Shown: one piece after another, positions 28,771 to 40,749 of the stretch
Layout of the letters: the number at the start of each line of letters is the position of its first letter
Numbering within the stretch: the stretch's first letter is position 1
Assembly: GCA_963813025.1 (NCBI GenBank)
Contig: CAWEXO010000011.1
Location: 352,001-416,000 of the forward strand
Reading direction: 5' to 3'
Origin: an uncultured Verrucomicrobiae bacterium
GTDB lineage: Bacteria > Verrucomicrobiota > Verrucomicrobiia > Chthoniobacterales > JAFAMB01
Length of the DNA stretch: 64,000 bases
The notes under the pieces: model-generated
What the model was told of the DNA's origin: nothing
The model's database searches: none
The model's input: the letters and a program-made list of their open reading frames with translations, nothing else
Position numbers and translations under genes: made by a program

Positions 28771-31380
28771 TCATACCATCTTCGTTTCGCGTTTTGCTTC
28801 GTCTTCCGCGCTACTTCCCGGGCCGGGTCGTGGAACTTCCCGGGAGCTCGTTTCTTCCCCCGTCAACCGCTTTTGGTGCAAGAAGGCGAATGCGGGAACA
28901 ATGTAGAAAAAAGTTGTGACCAAACACCAGGTGATCCCCAGTGCGCAAACCGTTCCTAAACCGCTTAAGGCGGGATTCTGCGCCGGCACGAGCACGGCAA
29001 ATCCGGCGATCGCGGTCAGTCCACAGATGGAAAGAGCCTTTAAGACGTTTGCCAGGTTCTCCGACAACACTCCTTCGCGCCGGCTCACGATTAAAAACTG
29101 GATTCCGTGATCTACCCCGATGGCCAACACCAAGGGAAAAGCCAGTGCATTGAGCAAGTTAATCGAAACATGGAGCACTTTGAGCGACGCCACGAGAGCC
29201 AGCATCGACAGTATCAAAGCTGACGAATGCACGAGCCAAAGAGAGAATCGGCGAAACACGATCCATAGCAAAAGCAGAATAAGGACCGCGACACTGACGG
29301 TGAAACTGATCAGCTCGCCTCTGGCCCACGGAACGAGATCGAACAGGGTAAACGTCCATCCAGTGACTATCGCCCCCGGATCGATGCGGTGAATCAGATC
29401 GCCCAATCTCCGTTGGTCAGCTTCGGAACTCAACGGCTGGGTCGGTCGCACAAACCCAACCCCGAGCGTGGGCGTTTCGGCAGAGAAGTATCGCTCGACA
29501 AAAAACCACCAGGGCGACTTCTCCGGGAACAGACTTTCCCAGTTCGGAATGCCCGTCTGCGTCTTTTCTGCCTCAAGCGCATGCAACATATCGAAAATGC
29601 CTTGGAAAGCGCTGATCCGAAAACCGTTCTTCTGCAACGTCTCCCGCACGATCGCCTCGACTGCGCGAAAATCGATGCCTTTCAAGTAAGCGCGATTCTC
29701 CGAAAAGTTGCGGGGCGAAAAGGCCAGAGCAACTGGTGTGCTGACGTATTTCAATTCGCCACGGCGCTGCGCCTCTTCCAGGCCTGCACTCAATTTTTGC
29801 CAGCGATCGTGAAACTCCTGCGGGTCGTGGGCTTTGACCAGAATGGTGATCGGATCCGACTCTTGCTTCAGTTTGTCCCCAATGATCCGCAAGGCGATTG
29901 ACGCGGGGCTGCGCTTCGGCTCTAAGGAGCGCGGATTGGTATCAAACTTGAGGGGGATGACGGGGGTAATCGCTACGGCCGCGCCGACTAAAAGCACCGT
30001 TAAAGAGATCGCGAGAAGCCGGCGCGGACGTCGAAAAACCGCGACCACGAATTTTCCCGCACCAACCAGCATGAAGTCCGCGTGCGTCGGCACTTTCACC
30101 GGCTTAAAGAACAAGAACAAAAACAGAATCGAGAACAACCCGGCAAAGCCCACCCCTAAAGCGACCAGCGTTCCGAGTTGAGAAAACCCCGCACTCTGGC
30201 TAAAGTTCAAAGCCAGAAAACCAATCGCGGTCGTCAGGACAACGTAAAAGATGGCTGCGCCAATATCGCGAACTGAAACAAAGACCGCTTCTGCGTGGCT
30301 GCTTCCGGCGCGCCGCGCCTGCAGATAGCGCCCGAAGAGCAGGAAACTGAAATCGACCCCGATCCCAATCAAGATCGAACAGAACCCAATCGCGATCATG
30401 TTCAGGTTGCGGAGCAAGAGCATGCCGATCGCCAGGGCTACCGCGGTGGAAAGAGCTAGCACGAGGCAAATACCCACCAGAGGAAGAACCCGTCGGAATG
30501 CGAGGTAAAACAATCCACTCACGATGATCATTGAAAGCACCGAACTCAGCACAGCATCGTGATCCATGCTCCGCGAGATCTCGGCGACATAAGCGGTGCG
30601 GCCGGTGATCAAAACCCGCGGCTTGTAACCAGGCCAAGTGCTCAGGATCTTGTCCCGGAACTGGTTGACCTGGTCCATCATGCGCTGGCATTCCTTGGCC
30701 CCCAAATCGGGTTGATTCAGTGTAACAAGACCGATCTGGAGCAGACCGTCATCGGAAGCCAAGCTGCTTCCCTGATCCATCGACGACGACGAACCGAAGG
30801 GCTTCATCGCGCGCGCGAACAGCCCCAGCGGATCGATTTGCACTTCGTACTGGGACGAAAGCGAGTCCCCGCTCAAGGTCTCTCGTAATCGGGCGAGCCG
30901 CTCCTCGATTGTTCGCGGGTTCAGGTCCCCCATCGCCTCTCGAAAATCCGCCGGAGGCAAATTCAGGAGGAGACTCGGCTCCAGCGCCCTGATTTGTTGC
31001 AAACCCTCCTCCGTATCCAGGGGGATTCGGTCGAACGTGCGGAGCACCCACGGTTGCTTTCGCAACTCTCTCATAAAATGTTCGCGAACGGCATCGAGAT
31101 CGTCGGCATGCCCCGGCTCAGCCAGAAAACCAAACAACAGCTGTCGCGCCTGGGAAAATTCGCTGTTGAATACTCGCAAGCCAACTACCGAAGGGAATTT
31201 CTTCGGTAAAAGATTCAGGACTTCTGAATCAAGCTTGCTTTGCGTCGTGATGACCATCAGCGCCAACGCGGCCAGAACAATCGCCAGCAGGACCAATAAC
31301 CTCGTGCGGGTGGCAACAATCCTGGCCAGAAACGCAGTCAGTTTTCGTGCGAAGCTAGTCAACACAGAACTCGAATTCAT
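28771..31380 (-). CDS. MMPL/RND-family transporter
   Basis: Two TM blocks with GIGVDF and AIGVDH motifs and large periplasmic loops. Confidence 0.88.
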   Translation of the reverse strand: MNSSSVLTSFARKLTAFLARIVATRTRLLVLLAIVLAALALMVITTQSKLDSEVLNLLPKKFPSVVGLRVFNSEFSQARQLLFGFLAEPGHADDLDAVREHFMRELRKQPWVLRTFDRIPLDTEEGLQQIRALEPSLLLNLPPADFREAMGDLNPRTIEERLARLRETLSGDSLSSQYEVQIDPLGLFARAMKPFGSSSSMDQGSSLASDDGLLQIGLVTLNQPDLGAKECQRMMDQVNQFRDKILSTWPGYKPRVLITGRTAYVAEISRSMDHDAVLSSVLSMIIVSGLFYLAFRRVLPLVGICLVLALSTAVALAIGMLLLRNLNMIAIGFCSILIGIGVDFSFLLFGRYLQARRAGSSHAEAVFVSVRDIGAAIFYVVLTTAIGFLALNFSQSAGFSQLGTLVALGVGFAGLFSILFLFLFFKPVKVPTHADFMLVGAGKFVVAVFRRPRRLLAISLTVLLVGAAVAITPVIPLKFDTNPRSLEPKRSPASIALRIIGDKLKQESDPITILVKAHDPQEFHDRWQKLSAGLEEAQRRGELKYVSTPVALAFSPRNFSENRAYLKGIDFRAVEAIVRETLQKNGFRISAFQGIFDMLHALEAEKTQTGIPNWESLFPEKSPWWFFVERYFSAETPTLGVGFVRPTQPLSSEADQRRLGDLIHRIDPGAIVTGWTFTLFDLVPWARGELISFTVSVAVLILLLLWIVFRRFSLWLVHSSALILSMLALVASLKVLHVSINLLNALAFPLVLAIGVDHGIQFLIVSRREGVLSENLANVLKALSICGLTAIAGFAVLVPAQNPALSGLGTVCALGITWCLVTTFFYIVPAFAFLHQKRLTGEETSSREVPRPGPGSSAEDEAKRETKMV

Positions 31381-31466
31381 TCAGGCCGGCCGCCGGAGCT
31401 CACGCCCGGAAGCGAGCAACTTCATAAGACATCTGTCGCCTGTCCGCAATGGGCAATCAAGGGCAT

Positions 31467-31491
31467 GTAGCACGGACGGCCTCGTCCGTAT
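31467..31491 (+). repeat. GTAG-type REP-like hairpin
   Basis: GTAGCACGGACGGCCTCGTCCGTAT; 24/25 identical to 57987-58011. Confidence 0.7.
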
Positions 31492-31580
31492 TCCCGTAGC
31501 TGATCCATGACGCGCTAACCCTGGCCCCTCCTGCCATCCTTGTCTTTTCCCTAAATGAGGTACGATAAGGTGTTTAAGCC

Positions 31581-32276
31581 ATGACACCTGAGCTGGTTCC
31601 TTTTCGCGGATTTTCGCCCACCGGACTCCAGTTCCTCCGTGACTTAGCCAACAACAATAATCGAGAATGGTTTCAGGCCCGCAAAGCAATTTACCAGACA
31701 GAACTTCAAGACGTTCTGCGAGATCTGGTCGTCCGGACGACTCAACTTCTGCAAAAGGCCAAAGTGCCCTTGCGCGCCGACCCGAAGCGGTCCCTCTTCC
31801 GGATTTACCGGGATATCCGTTTTTCCCCAGATAAAAGGCCTTATAAAACGCACGTGAGCGCCGTCTTCGATCGCGAACTTACCAAAGGGGGTGACGGCAT
31901 CCTGTATGTGCACATTGACCCGACTCGTTCTTTCGCCGCTCTGGCCTTTTACCAACCCGCTACCGCCAAGCTGACGCGGTTGCGTGAAGCGATTGTGGAT
32001 GAGCGAAAGCGGTTTCTCAAAGTACTCGACCAACTCAACTCGAGGGACCTCGTGCTCTCTTCCGATGAGGATGCCCTCAAGAGGGTTCCTCGCGGTTTCG
32101 AGGAGTTTGCCGAATCCGACATCGCCTGGCTGTTGAAACACCGTTCGTTTGTTGTCAGGCAGACTCTGCCCGAAACCCTGATCGAGTCTTCCGATCTGCC
32201 AAAAGCGTTGGTCGAGTTTACCCTGGCGGGACTTCCGTTTCTGAAATTTGGCTGGGAAGCACTCGACGGACGCTGA
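31581..32276 (+). CDS. DUF2461 family protein
   Basis: FLRDLANNNNREWF, FRIYRDIRFSPDKRPYK, LKRVPRGF. Confidence 0.9.
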   Translation: MTPELVPFRGFSPTGLQFLRDLANNNNREWFQARKAIYQTELQDVLRDLVVRTTQLLQKAKVPLRADPKRSLFRIYRDIRFSPDKRPYKTHVSAVFDRELTKGGDGILYVHIDPTRSFAALAFYQPATAKLTRLREAIVDERKRFLKVLDQLNSRDLVLSSDEDALKRVPRGFEEFAESDIAWLLKHRSFVVRQTLPETLIESSDLPKALVEFTLAGLPFLKFGWEALDGR

Positions 32277-32324
32277 CGGCGATCGCTGTTTGAACTCCCG
32301 GAATCTGACACCCCTTCACCTCCA

Positions 32325-32345
32325 ACCCGCCGCGCGGGTGTTTTT
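32325..32345 (+). terminator. Possible intrinsic terminator
   Basis: ACCCGC-CGC-GCGGGT stem followed by GTTTTT. Confidence 0.5.
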
Positions 32346-32473
32346 CGTAGTGGGCATTGGAGACCGTTGCGGCGATCACCGCAAGAGAACAAAGTCCGAC
32401 AAAACCAACCGCAGCATCTTCCTGCACCGTCTTCTCGTTTGACAGTTAAATGTTGTGCGTCATCCTGTTAGAC

Positions 32474-32722
32474 ATGAAAATGGCGTCGGTCCGTGAGGTA
32501 CAGCATCACTTGCGCAAAGTGCTTGCCTGGGTGGAAAAAGGAGAAGAGGTCCAGATCACCCGCCGAAATAAACCGATCGCCAGGATCGTTCCCGCCGAAG
32601 TTCATAGCTCACCTGTTCTTTTCCCTGATTTCGAGGCTCGAGCACGGAAAATTTGGGGTAACACACCAGCGGGAAAGAGTTTGAGCGAAGCTGTGTTGGA
32701 TCACCGGGATGAACGCGCGTGA
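32474..32722 (+). CDS. Phd/YefM-family antitoxin
   Basis: SVREVQHHL...VEKGEEVQITRRNKPIARIVP; overlaps toxin start. Confidence 0.88.
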   Translation: MKMASVREVQHHLRKVLAWVEKGEEVQITRRNKPIARIVPAEVHSSPVLFPDFEARARKIWGNTPAGKSLSEAVLDHRDERA

Positions 32723-33156
32723 CCTACCTGGACACCAGTTCCCTCGTCGCTCTCTACTATCCCGAAGCAAACACGGCTCGACTGGAAGCTTACCTTCGAC
32801 GACGACGAACCAGTCTACCGATCACTTGGCTCCACGAGCTTGAGTTCACCAATAGCCTTCACCTGAAAATCTTCCGCCGCGACGGTACCAGTGATGCCGT
32901 GGAAAATACTCTCGCGTTATTGCTCGCGGACACCCGCGCCGGAATTCTCTTCCGCGCCTCGCTCTCCTGGCCTTCGGTATTTGAACGCGCCGTGCGACTG
33001 GCTAACACCTATTCCGCACGCCGCGGAACACGAACCCTTGATTTGTTGCATATATCGGCTGCCGGTCTTTTGAACGCCACAGAGTTCGTTACCAGCGATC
33101 GACGGCAATCGGAGGTCGCCAGGCAAGAAGGTTTGAAAGTAGTCCTACTGACGTAA
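32719..33156 (+). CDS. vapC: VapC/PIN-domain toxin
   Basis: YLDTSSLV, RTLDLLHI, FVTSDRRQ. Confidence 0.9.
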   Translation: MTYLDTSSLVALYYPEANTARLEAYLRRRRTSLPITWLHELEFTNSLHLKIFRRDGTSDAVENTLALLLADTRAGILFRASLSWPSVFERAVRLANTYSARRGTRTLDLLHISAAGLLNATEFVTSDRRQSEVARQEGLKVVLLT

Positions 33157-33327
33157 GTCCGCGCTTCGCGAATCGCAAATTGCAGCCCAGCGTAGCCACA
33201 AAATGGTACGGGGTTAGCGGACTGGCTGTCGCCAAATCAACATTCCTCTGCTTGCCGCAGGTAAACTAACACAAGAACGCTCGGGCGCTCGGGCGACCTA
33301 GCCCGACTCCTGACTCCCATCCCTCTC

Positions 33328-35211
33328 CTACTCCCCCAACATTTCCTCGACTGCGCCAACCACCTCCTCGATCGTTACTGCCTTCATGCAGCGAAAATCC
33401 AAAGGGCATTCCCGCAGAAAACAAGGACTGCAAACCACATGGTGCCGCAAGACTCGATGACCGTCACCCAGTGGACCGGTCAGGCGTGGCTCGGTGGAAC
33501 CGAAAATCGCGACCGTTGGTACCTCCAGAAAGGCAGCCAGGTGCATCGTCCCGGTGTCATTGGTCAGGAGTAGCCGGCAACGCCGAAGATGCTCCATCAG
33601 TTCGCCTAAATCGGTCTGTCCCGTCAGATCGTGGGCCGAGGCGCCAATGGATTCAGCGATCTCGGCACCAAGCCGTTTCTCCCGTGCTGTTCCAAAAATG
33701 AGCCATTGAACATCGTTTCTCCTGCTCAGAGCGGCGGCGGCCTCGGCAAAATGGATCCAGCGCTTGGCGGGGCCATACTCTGCGCCCGGACATAGCCCCA
33801 GATAATTTCCTCTCGGCCTTGGCGGAAAGATCGGCGGAAGGACCTCGGTCATGTCGGCTCCCAACCGCCCGGCGATCCGCAGGTAGTGGTGGACCTGATG
33901 CTCAAGGGGCCGGGCACCGACCGGTTCCGGCACAAACTGGTTCAGGAAAATGTTCCGCCAAGGCCGGCGAAAACCGACCCGTCGAGGCACTCTCCCCAGA
34001 TACGCCTCCAATGCCGTACGCGGCGAGTTGGGAAAGATGATTGCGGCATCGAATCGTCCCCGGATCTTCCTCGCTGTTGCGAGCAGTGATTCACCTTCTT
34101 CAATGGCAATGACTTCATCGACCTCCGGCACTCTTTTCCAGAGGTCGGCCAGTCTGGCCCGAGACAATACCGCTACACGCGCATCAGGTCGGCCCCGCTT
34201 GATCCGCCGGACTGCGGGAATGCTCATCACCGCGTCGCCCAGCCAGTTGCTGGAACGGATCAAAACACTGAACGGCTTCAGGATTTCGCCGGTTTCCGGC
34301 ACGTAGACTCCTCGTTTATAGTTGCGCAGAAGAAATTGTGGCGACGGCGTTTTCCAACGGTCATGAACCCAGAACCAGGCGGCTGGATCTGCCGCTATCC
34401 GGTCCTCGGCTTGTCGATTGATTCGCGCGGTGATCTCTTCACTGCCGGCGCCCGCGGTCGGAATGAAATCGTCCACCTCAACCCGCCACCGCCCGACTCC
34501 CGCGTTCACAATTCTTAATGGAAGAAGCCGGGCTCCAGTTTTTCGCGCCAGGATTGCCGCGAATGGCGAGGTTGAAGCGAGGCGGCCGAAGAACGGTGTC
34601 CAGATCCCTTTGTCTCCGGCGTGCTGGTCCACCAGAATTCCGAGCACCCCACCCTGCTTCAGAAGCGAGGCGCCTGGACTGAGCCCTTCGCTGCGATCGA
34701 GCAGCTTGGCGCCGGCGCTTTCCCGCGCTCGCCGCACGTCCGCATCGATGAACCGGTTGCGCAACTTCTGGTAAAAAGCGGCGGCCGGTCCTGATTGAAT
34801 CCAGTGGACCCCAAAGATCATCAGCTCCCAGTTCCCGATATGGTTGAGGACCCAAATGACGCTTTTCGCCTCGTTGATCCTCTCCGCGTTGGCCTGGAAC
34901 GCTGAGATATCGATGTACCGGGCAACTTCCGGCCAACGGCGCTGGGTGAGCACAAATCCACACAGCAAATTGGCCGTCAGCAGTTGAAAATGTTTCTTGA
35001 CGCAATTGATTCGGGCGTCGTTCGACCATTCCGGGAAAGCGATTCGAAGATTTGCCAGAGCGAGTCGCCGGTATCCCGGCAAGAGCCAATAGCCGATCCA
35101 GCCAAGCGCTTGCCCCAGGCGGAAGGTCACGGCGATCGGCAACAAACCCAGCACAAAGCCGATCGCGCGGTAAACCAGGTAAACTAAGTAATCACTGACC
35201 GGAAGGCTCAC
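33328..35211 (-). CDS. waaF: Fused lipid A acyltransferase (LpxL-like) and heptosyltransferase II
   Basis: N-half HIGNWE, LVDQH, WFWVHDRWK; C-half NWLGDAVM, PGAEYGPAKRW, TNDTGTMHLA. Confidence 0.88.
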   Translation of the reverse strand: MSLPVSDYLVYLVYRAIGFVLGLLPIAVTFRLGQALGWIGYWLLPGYRRLALANLRIAFPEWSNDARINCVKKHFQLLTANLLCGFVLTQRRWPEVARYIDISAFQANAERINEAKSVIWVLNHIGNWELMIFGVHWIQSGPAAAFYQKLRNRFIDADVRRARESAGAKLLDRSEGLSPGASLLKQGGVLGILVDQHAGDKGIWTPFFGRLASTSPFAAILARKTGARLLPLRIVNAGVGRWRVEVDDFIPTAGAGSEEITARINRQAEDRIAADPAAWFWVHDRWKTPSPQFLLRNYKRGVYVPETGEILKPFSVLIRSSNWLGDAVMSIPAVRRIKRGRPDARVAVLSRARLADLWKRVPEVDEVIAIEEGESLLATARKIRGRFDAAIIFPNSPRTALEAYLGRVPRRVGFRRPWRNIFLNQFVPEPVGARPLEHQVHHYLRIAGRLGADMTEVLPPIFPPRPRGNYLGLCPGAEYGPAKRWIHFAEAAAALSRRNDVQWLIFGTAREKRLGAEIAESIGASAHDLTGQTDLGELMEHLRRCRLLLTNDTGTMHLAAFLEVPTVAIFGSTEPRLTGPLGDGHRVLRHHVVCSPCFLRECPLDFRCMKAVTIEEVVGAVEEMLGE

Positions 35212-35222
35212 CGATTCGCCCC

Positions 35223-36122
35223 CTAAGCACGCGGGTGAAATTTTTTATGAATCGACTTCAATCGGCTCTGGTCCACATGCGTGTAGATCTGAGTAGTCGA
35301 GATGTCCGCGTGACCGAGCAGTTCCTGAATCACGCGCAAATCCGCGCCGTTGCTGAGGAGATGGGTAGCAAACGAGTGCCGGAGCAGATGGGGATAGATG
35401 TTCAAATCCAAGCCCGCACCCGAAGCCACTTCTTTCAGGATTTGCCAGACCCGGGCCGGTGTTAGCTTTCGCCCGAGCCGCGAGAGAAAAATCTCGCTCC
35501 GCGTCGTCCGGTTTACCAGCCTCGGCCTTTCGCCGGCCAAGTACTTTTGGAGCGCCTCGACCGCTGTCCTCCCGATAGGGACCAGCCGGGTCTTGTTCCC
35601 CTTACCCGTTACGCGCAGGATGCGCTGTTCCAGATCGAGGTTTTCCAAGCGGGCGTTGGTCAATTCGCTAATCCGCAAACCGCACGCGTAGAGCACCTCC
35701 AGGATCGCTCGATCGCGTTCCGCAAAAACCCGCTCCGACAGATCGATGGCGAGAAATTGTTCGATCTGTCTCTCATTTAAGGCGTCCGGTAAATAGCGGG
35801 TCAAGCGGGGAAGCGCCAGAGCCTCCGCTGGATCCGACTTTATCTGACCTCGGGCGGCCAGAAACCGAAAGAAAATCTTCAAAGCAACGACGATTAATTT
35901 CATGGAGGCTGGAGCAAGCCCGCTCGCTTTGCGATAAGCCAGGAACGCATTCAGATCCTCGATCTTCACCCCGTGCGGACCGCTTCCGGATTGGTGCTGA
36001 TACCAAATCGCAAACTCCTCCAGTGATCGGCGAGTCGAAACCTGGTAATTCTCGGAAAGACCGCGCTCGGTCGCTAGATACAAAATAAAACCATCGATTG
36101 CCTCAACAAACTCAGGGTGCAA
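35223..36122 (-). CDS. xerD: Tyrosine recombinase XerD/XerC
   Basis: ERGLSEN, RDRAILEVLYACGLRISEL, HLLRHSFATHLL, LGHADISTTQIYTHV. Confidence 0.88.
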   Translation of the reverse strand: MHPEFVEAIDGFILYLATERGLSENYQVSTRRSLEEFAIWYQHQSGSGPHGVKIEDLNAFLAYRKASGLAPASMKLIVVALKIFFRFLAARGQIKSDPAEALALPRLTRYLPDALNERQIEQFLAIDLSERVFAERDRAILEVLYACGLRISELTNARLENLDLEQRILRVTGKGNKTRLVPIGRTAVEALQKYLAGERPRLVNRTTRSEIFLSRLGRKLTPARVWQILKEVASGAGLDLNIYPHLLRHSFATHLLSNGADLRVIQELLGHADISTTQIYTHVDQSRLKSIHKKFHPRA

Positions 36123-36224
36123 GCTCTCGCAGAGTAAGTTTGGCCACGCTTTCAGGAAAGAAAAACCTTGATCGCGTTGTCGCGAACCGCCGGAGAAGTG
36201 TAAACATAGGACCTCATCAATTAG

Positions 36225-36298
<74 letters not shown>

Positions 36299-36541
36299 AG
36301 CCCTTAAATACCAGCGAGTGAGGCTTTAAGACACATCGGTAAGATACCGAAGTCGGAACAGATAGTCGGAACAAGGCCACCGTTGGTTTGTATTGTTTAT
36401 ATTTGTCTTTGGATATCCTGGAGCACCGTAGTGCACACAAAATAGCGACTCCCGGCGGCAGCACAGGAACACAAACAGGCCGATTCGCGATTGTCCCACC
36501 CGGCTGAAAGGGAGGTCTGCCCACCGGGGCCAGGTGGAATC

Positions 36542-36571
36542 GCGGTTCGATTTCCCGCCCCCCCGCCTCCA
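36542..36571 (+). other. Degenerate tRNA/tmRNA 3'-end fragment (att-site relic)
   Basis: GCGGTTCGATTTCCCGCCCCCCCGCCTCCA has a T-loop and CCA-like end but no 5' half. Confidence 0.5.
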
Positions 36572-37028
36572 TGGTTGATAATGAAGTACTTACGTCTTAT
36601 CCCGCTGGGTAGATAGCGAAGTAAGATAGGAAAGTAAGACAACGTCCATTCGCGTACAAGCCCGGCCACCACCCAACATAACCCCTCAGCGGCGTCGACA
36701 ATTTGCCGTTTCGTTTCGGAACGATTGTACAATGACCCCGTGCAGTCTCACTTAATTAAATCCGATGCGCGGAGCGTCGGTTAGGTCCGGAGAATTTTTC
36801 CCGGGTTCATAATTTGCGGGGCTCAATCGTGCCAAGAGCTGCGCCGTTGATTTTCCCATCCACAGACGAGAGCATGTGACAAATGATATAAGGTCTCACT
36901 GCGGTCCTTTTTGTTGTCAATCACGCGGCTATTGTTCATTGCTGATTTTCTCCATCGAGCCGACACCTTCCCGTCGAGCGGGCGGGGTTTGCTGTCGGCG
37001 TTTGCTGTCGGCCTACCGCGCGCTTCGC

Positions 37029-37742
<714 letters not shown>

Positions 37743-38333
37743 TTATATGGCGCTGCGGATCCCTGTGGGCGTCACGCCAACCACACGTCGGAAGAGACGA
37801 GCGAAATGGCTCGGGCTCGTGTATCCGACTTCGAGCGCAATCTCGATGAGGCTGCGAGAGGTTTCGCGGATGAGTTGCTGTGCGCGGGCGATCCGTTCCC
37901 GGGTGACGAACTGCAGCGGAGACATCCCGGTTGTCTGTTTGAACACACGGGAAAAGTGGAATGAACTCAGTTCCACCAACTCAGCCAATGCCTCGACGGG
38001 AATGTCCTCAGCGAGCCGTTCGTGCACATAGTCCTCCACTTTGCGGAGCTGGCGAATCGGCAGACCGCCATGGAAGCTGGGCTTTTCCGAAGCGGCGTTC
38101 GTGTATTTCTCAACAAGATACGCCGCGAAAAGCTGCGTGAGAGCAGCGACGCGTTTCGACTTGCCGGGCACCCGAGCCGAAAGCATCTCGGCGCACGCGA
38201 AGCACAAAAGCGCAAGCGTTTCATCGCGCCCGAAAAAATCGACTACTTCCAACTCCTCGGTCTTTCCGGGATACACAGCCTCCAAAGCCGCAAGGAATTG
38301 ATCCACTTCAAGATGGATCAGGATGAAATCGAG
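37743..38333 (-). pseudogene. AraC-family regulator lacking N-terminus
   Basis: GGLPIRQLRKV, LSSFHFSRVFK, VGYTSPSHFARLF; upstream part replaced by IS630 sequence. Confidence 0.8.
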
Positions 38334-38334
38334 G

Positions 38335-39186
38335 CTCCCATTGTCTCGGCTCTCGGTTGAGGAAACCCGCCAGCACGTTATTTCGCAAGGCCTGGTCGCT
38401 GAGATCAGCGGCGCTACTTTGTGGCGCTGGTTAGAGCAGCGATGCCCTTCGCCCCTGGAAACATCGAAGCTGGATCTTCCCCCGCGATCCGAACTTTGCC
38501 GGAAAAGCCGGACCCATCCTCGATCTTTACCAACGTGTCTGGGAGGGCGCTCCACTGGGTGCCGATGATTACGTCATCTGCGCAGACGAAAAGACCAGTA
38601 TTCAATCCCGCCGCCGAAAACAACCGACGCTGCCGCCGGCGCCCAATCGCCCGAGGCACGTCGAGCATGAGTACTTCCGCATGGGTGCCTGGACCTATCT
38701 GGCAGCCTGGGATGTCCATCGAGCAAGAGTCTTCGGCCGCTGTGAAGTCAAAAGTGGAATTGCTCCCGTCAATCGGCTGGTGGGCGAAGTCATGGGGCAA
38801 GAGCCTTATAAATCTGCTCGCCGCGTCTTTTGGATCATGGACAACTGCTCTGCTCATCGAGGGCAGAAGGCCGCCAACCGGTTACGTGACAGATGGCCCA
38901 ACCTAATCCTCATTCATACACCGATCCACGCCAGCTGGCTCAACCAGGTCGAAATCTATTTCTCGATCGTTCAGAGAAAGGTCCTCACGCCCAACGACTT
39001 CTCATCTCTGCAGGAACTCGAAGAGCGCCTGCTTGCCTTTCAGTCCCATTACGAGCGCTCGGCATCGCCCTTCAATTGGACCTTCACCCGCCGCGATCTC
39101 AATGTCTTCTGGCCAAGATCGCCGTCAAACGGCTGGCTCGCAGCAGCCTGACGGAATACGTCACCGTAATTCCGAACGTGAGTACT
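38335..39186 (+). mobile_element. Truncated, frameshifted IS630-family element
   Basis: ADEKTSIQ, MDNCSAH, HTPIHASWLNQVE; frame break near 38433; left end missing. Confidence 0.85.
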
Positions 39187-39320
39187 TAGCTAGCTAAAGG
39201 CTGTTGCGAAATGGTTTTTCCCCTCGGCGTGGCGCGGCGGAGGGCGAACGAGTAGTTCTTCAAAGAAATTTTGATTTGGTTGTTGTCGGGAGTTACCTAA
39301 TCGACTATATCGATTAGGTA

Positions 39321-40749
39321 GTGATCGGTAAGACCGTTCGGCCAGCTTCTCTATTTGCTTTCGCTTTCTTCAAGGAAGTAGCCACCATTACTGACCCGGT
39401 GCTCGATTCGGTTGATGGGCTGCTTGACGACCCGGGCTTATTGGCTTTGAGCACTCGGGCTTTGACGAGCCGCTCGCCAGGCTCAGGCAAAGTTGGCCGC
39501 GAAGGAATTGCGCCGGATCGGCTGCTGCGCTGTGCGGTGCTTAAGCACATCAAAGGTTGGTCCTACCGTGAACTGCACCACGAACTGCGAGTCAGCCTTC
39601 TCTATCGACGCTTCACGCGCTTTTATGAGGATCCGATTCCAGATTTTAGCAATCTGTGTCGGGCTTTTGCGCTCTTTGGCAAGGAAGGCACTGAGCAGAT
39701 TCACCAGCAGATCGTACAGCAGGCCAAAGAGGCGACCATCATTGCCGGAAAGAAGCTGCGCACCGATACCACCGCGGTCGAAACGAATATTCACCACCCA
39801 ACCGACAGCTCGTTGCTGGCCGATTCAGTGCGGGTCATGAGCCGGTCTTTGCAACGTATCGCCGGAGGTTGTCAGGAATCGGAGCTTCGCATTGTCCATC
39901 ATGCTCGGGCGGTCAAACATCGAGTGTTGGAGATTGGCCGAGCGGCCCGGACTTGTACGCAAGCAGGCCAGGAGCAGTTAAAGCAAAGCTATAAAAAGCT
40001 CATCGGACTGACCCAAGGAGTAAGGACTCAGGGCCTATCGGTGCTTACGGCTCTCAAAAATGGCCAATTAGTGGCCCGGCAGGAGACTTCTTTGAAGGTC
40101 CTTGCAGCAGAAGCTTCTCTCAAACATTACCTGCCCTTGGTTGAGAAAGTTATCGCTCAGAGTCGGGCGCGAATTTTCCAGGCACAGACGCGCCATCCGG
40201 AGAAAATCTTGAGCCTCTTTGAGCCCCACAGTGTGGTCATTCGCAAGGGTAAAGCTCACAAACCCAATGAATTTGGTCGCTTGGTCCGGATCGACGAAGT
40301 CGAAAACGGGCTGGTCAGCAATTATGCTGTGGCCCCGGGCAACCTTTGCGATCGGCAACAGTGGATGCCGGCGCTGGAAACACATCTGGAGCGATTCGGT
40401 CGAGCACCAGAATTGGCTGCGGCTGACCGAGGCTTCTGGAGTAGTGCCAACGAAAAGGCTGCGCTTGGAGCTGGGAGTCAAGCAAGTAGTGCTGCCCAGC
40501 TGCGGTCGCTTAAGCGCCGCCCGAGCTGCGCGACAGAAACAGCGCTGGTTTCGGCGTGGCCAAGGCTGGAGAACAGGCATTGAAGCGCGGCTGAGCACGC
40601 TCAAACACTGTTTCGGCATGCGGCGGGCCTTTTACAAGGGTGAGATTGGATTTGAAAGACACGTTGGCTGGTGCATCATCGCCCACAATCTTGTGGCGAT
40701 GAGTCGAGCCCGTGTGAAGAACGGCAATGAGCGCTGTCGTAGTGGGTGA
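39321..40749 (+). pseudogene. ISNCY-type DDE transposase split by 1-bp insertion near 40465
   Basis: DTTAVETNIHHPTDSSLL, RKGKAHKPNEFG, AADRGF, then WRTGIEARLSTLK in the next frame. Confidence 0.82.

Noticed and set aside
35223..36122. XerD as the island integrase
   Set aside because: Sequence is typical chromosomal XerD/XerC, it is tightly linked to the LPS gene, and it lies on the 5' side of the tRNA.
36490..36571. Second complete tRNA gene
   Set aside because: Has a T-loop and CCA-like end, but no acceptor stem pairing or D-arm could be built; kept only as an att relic.
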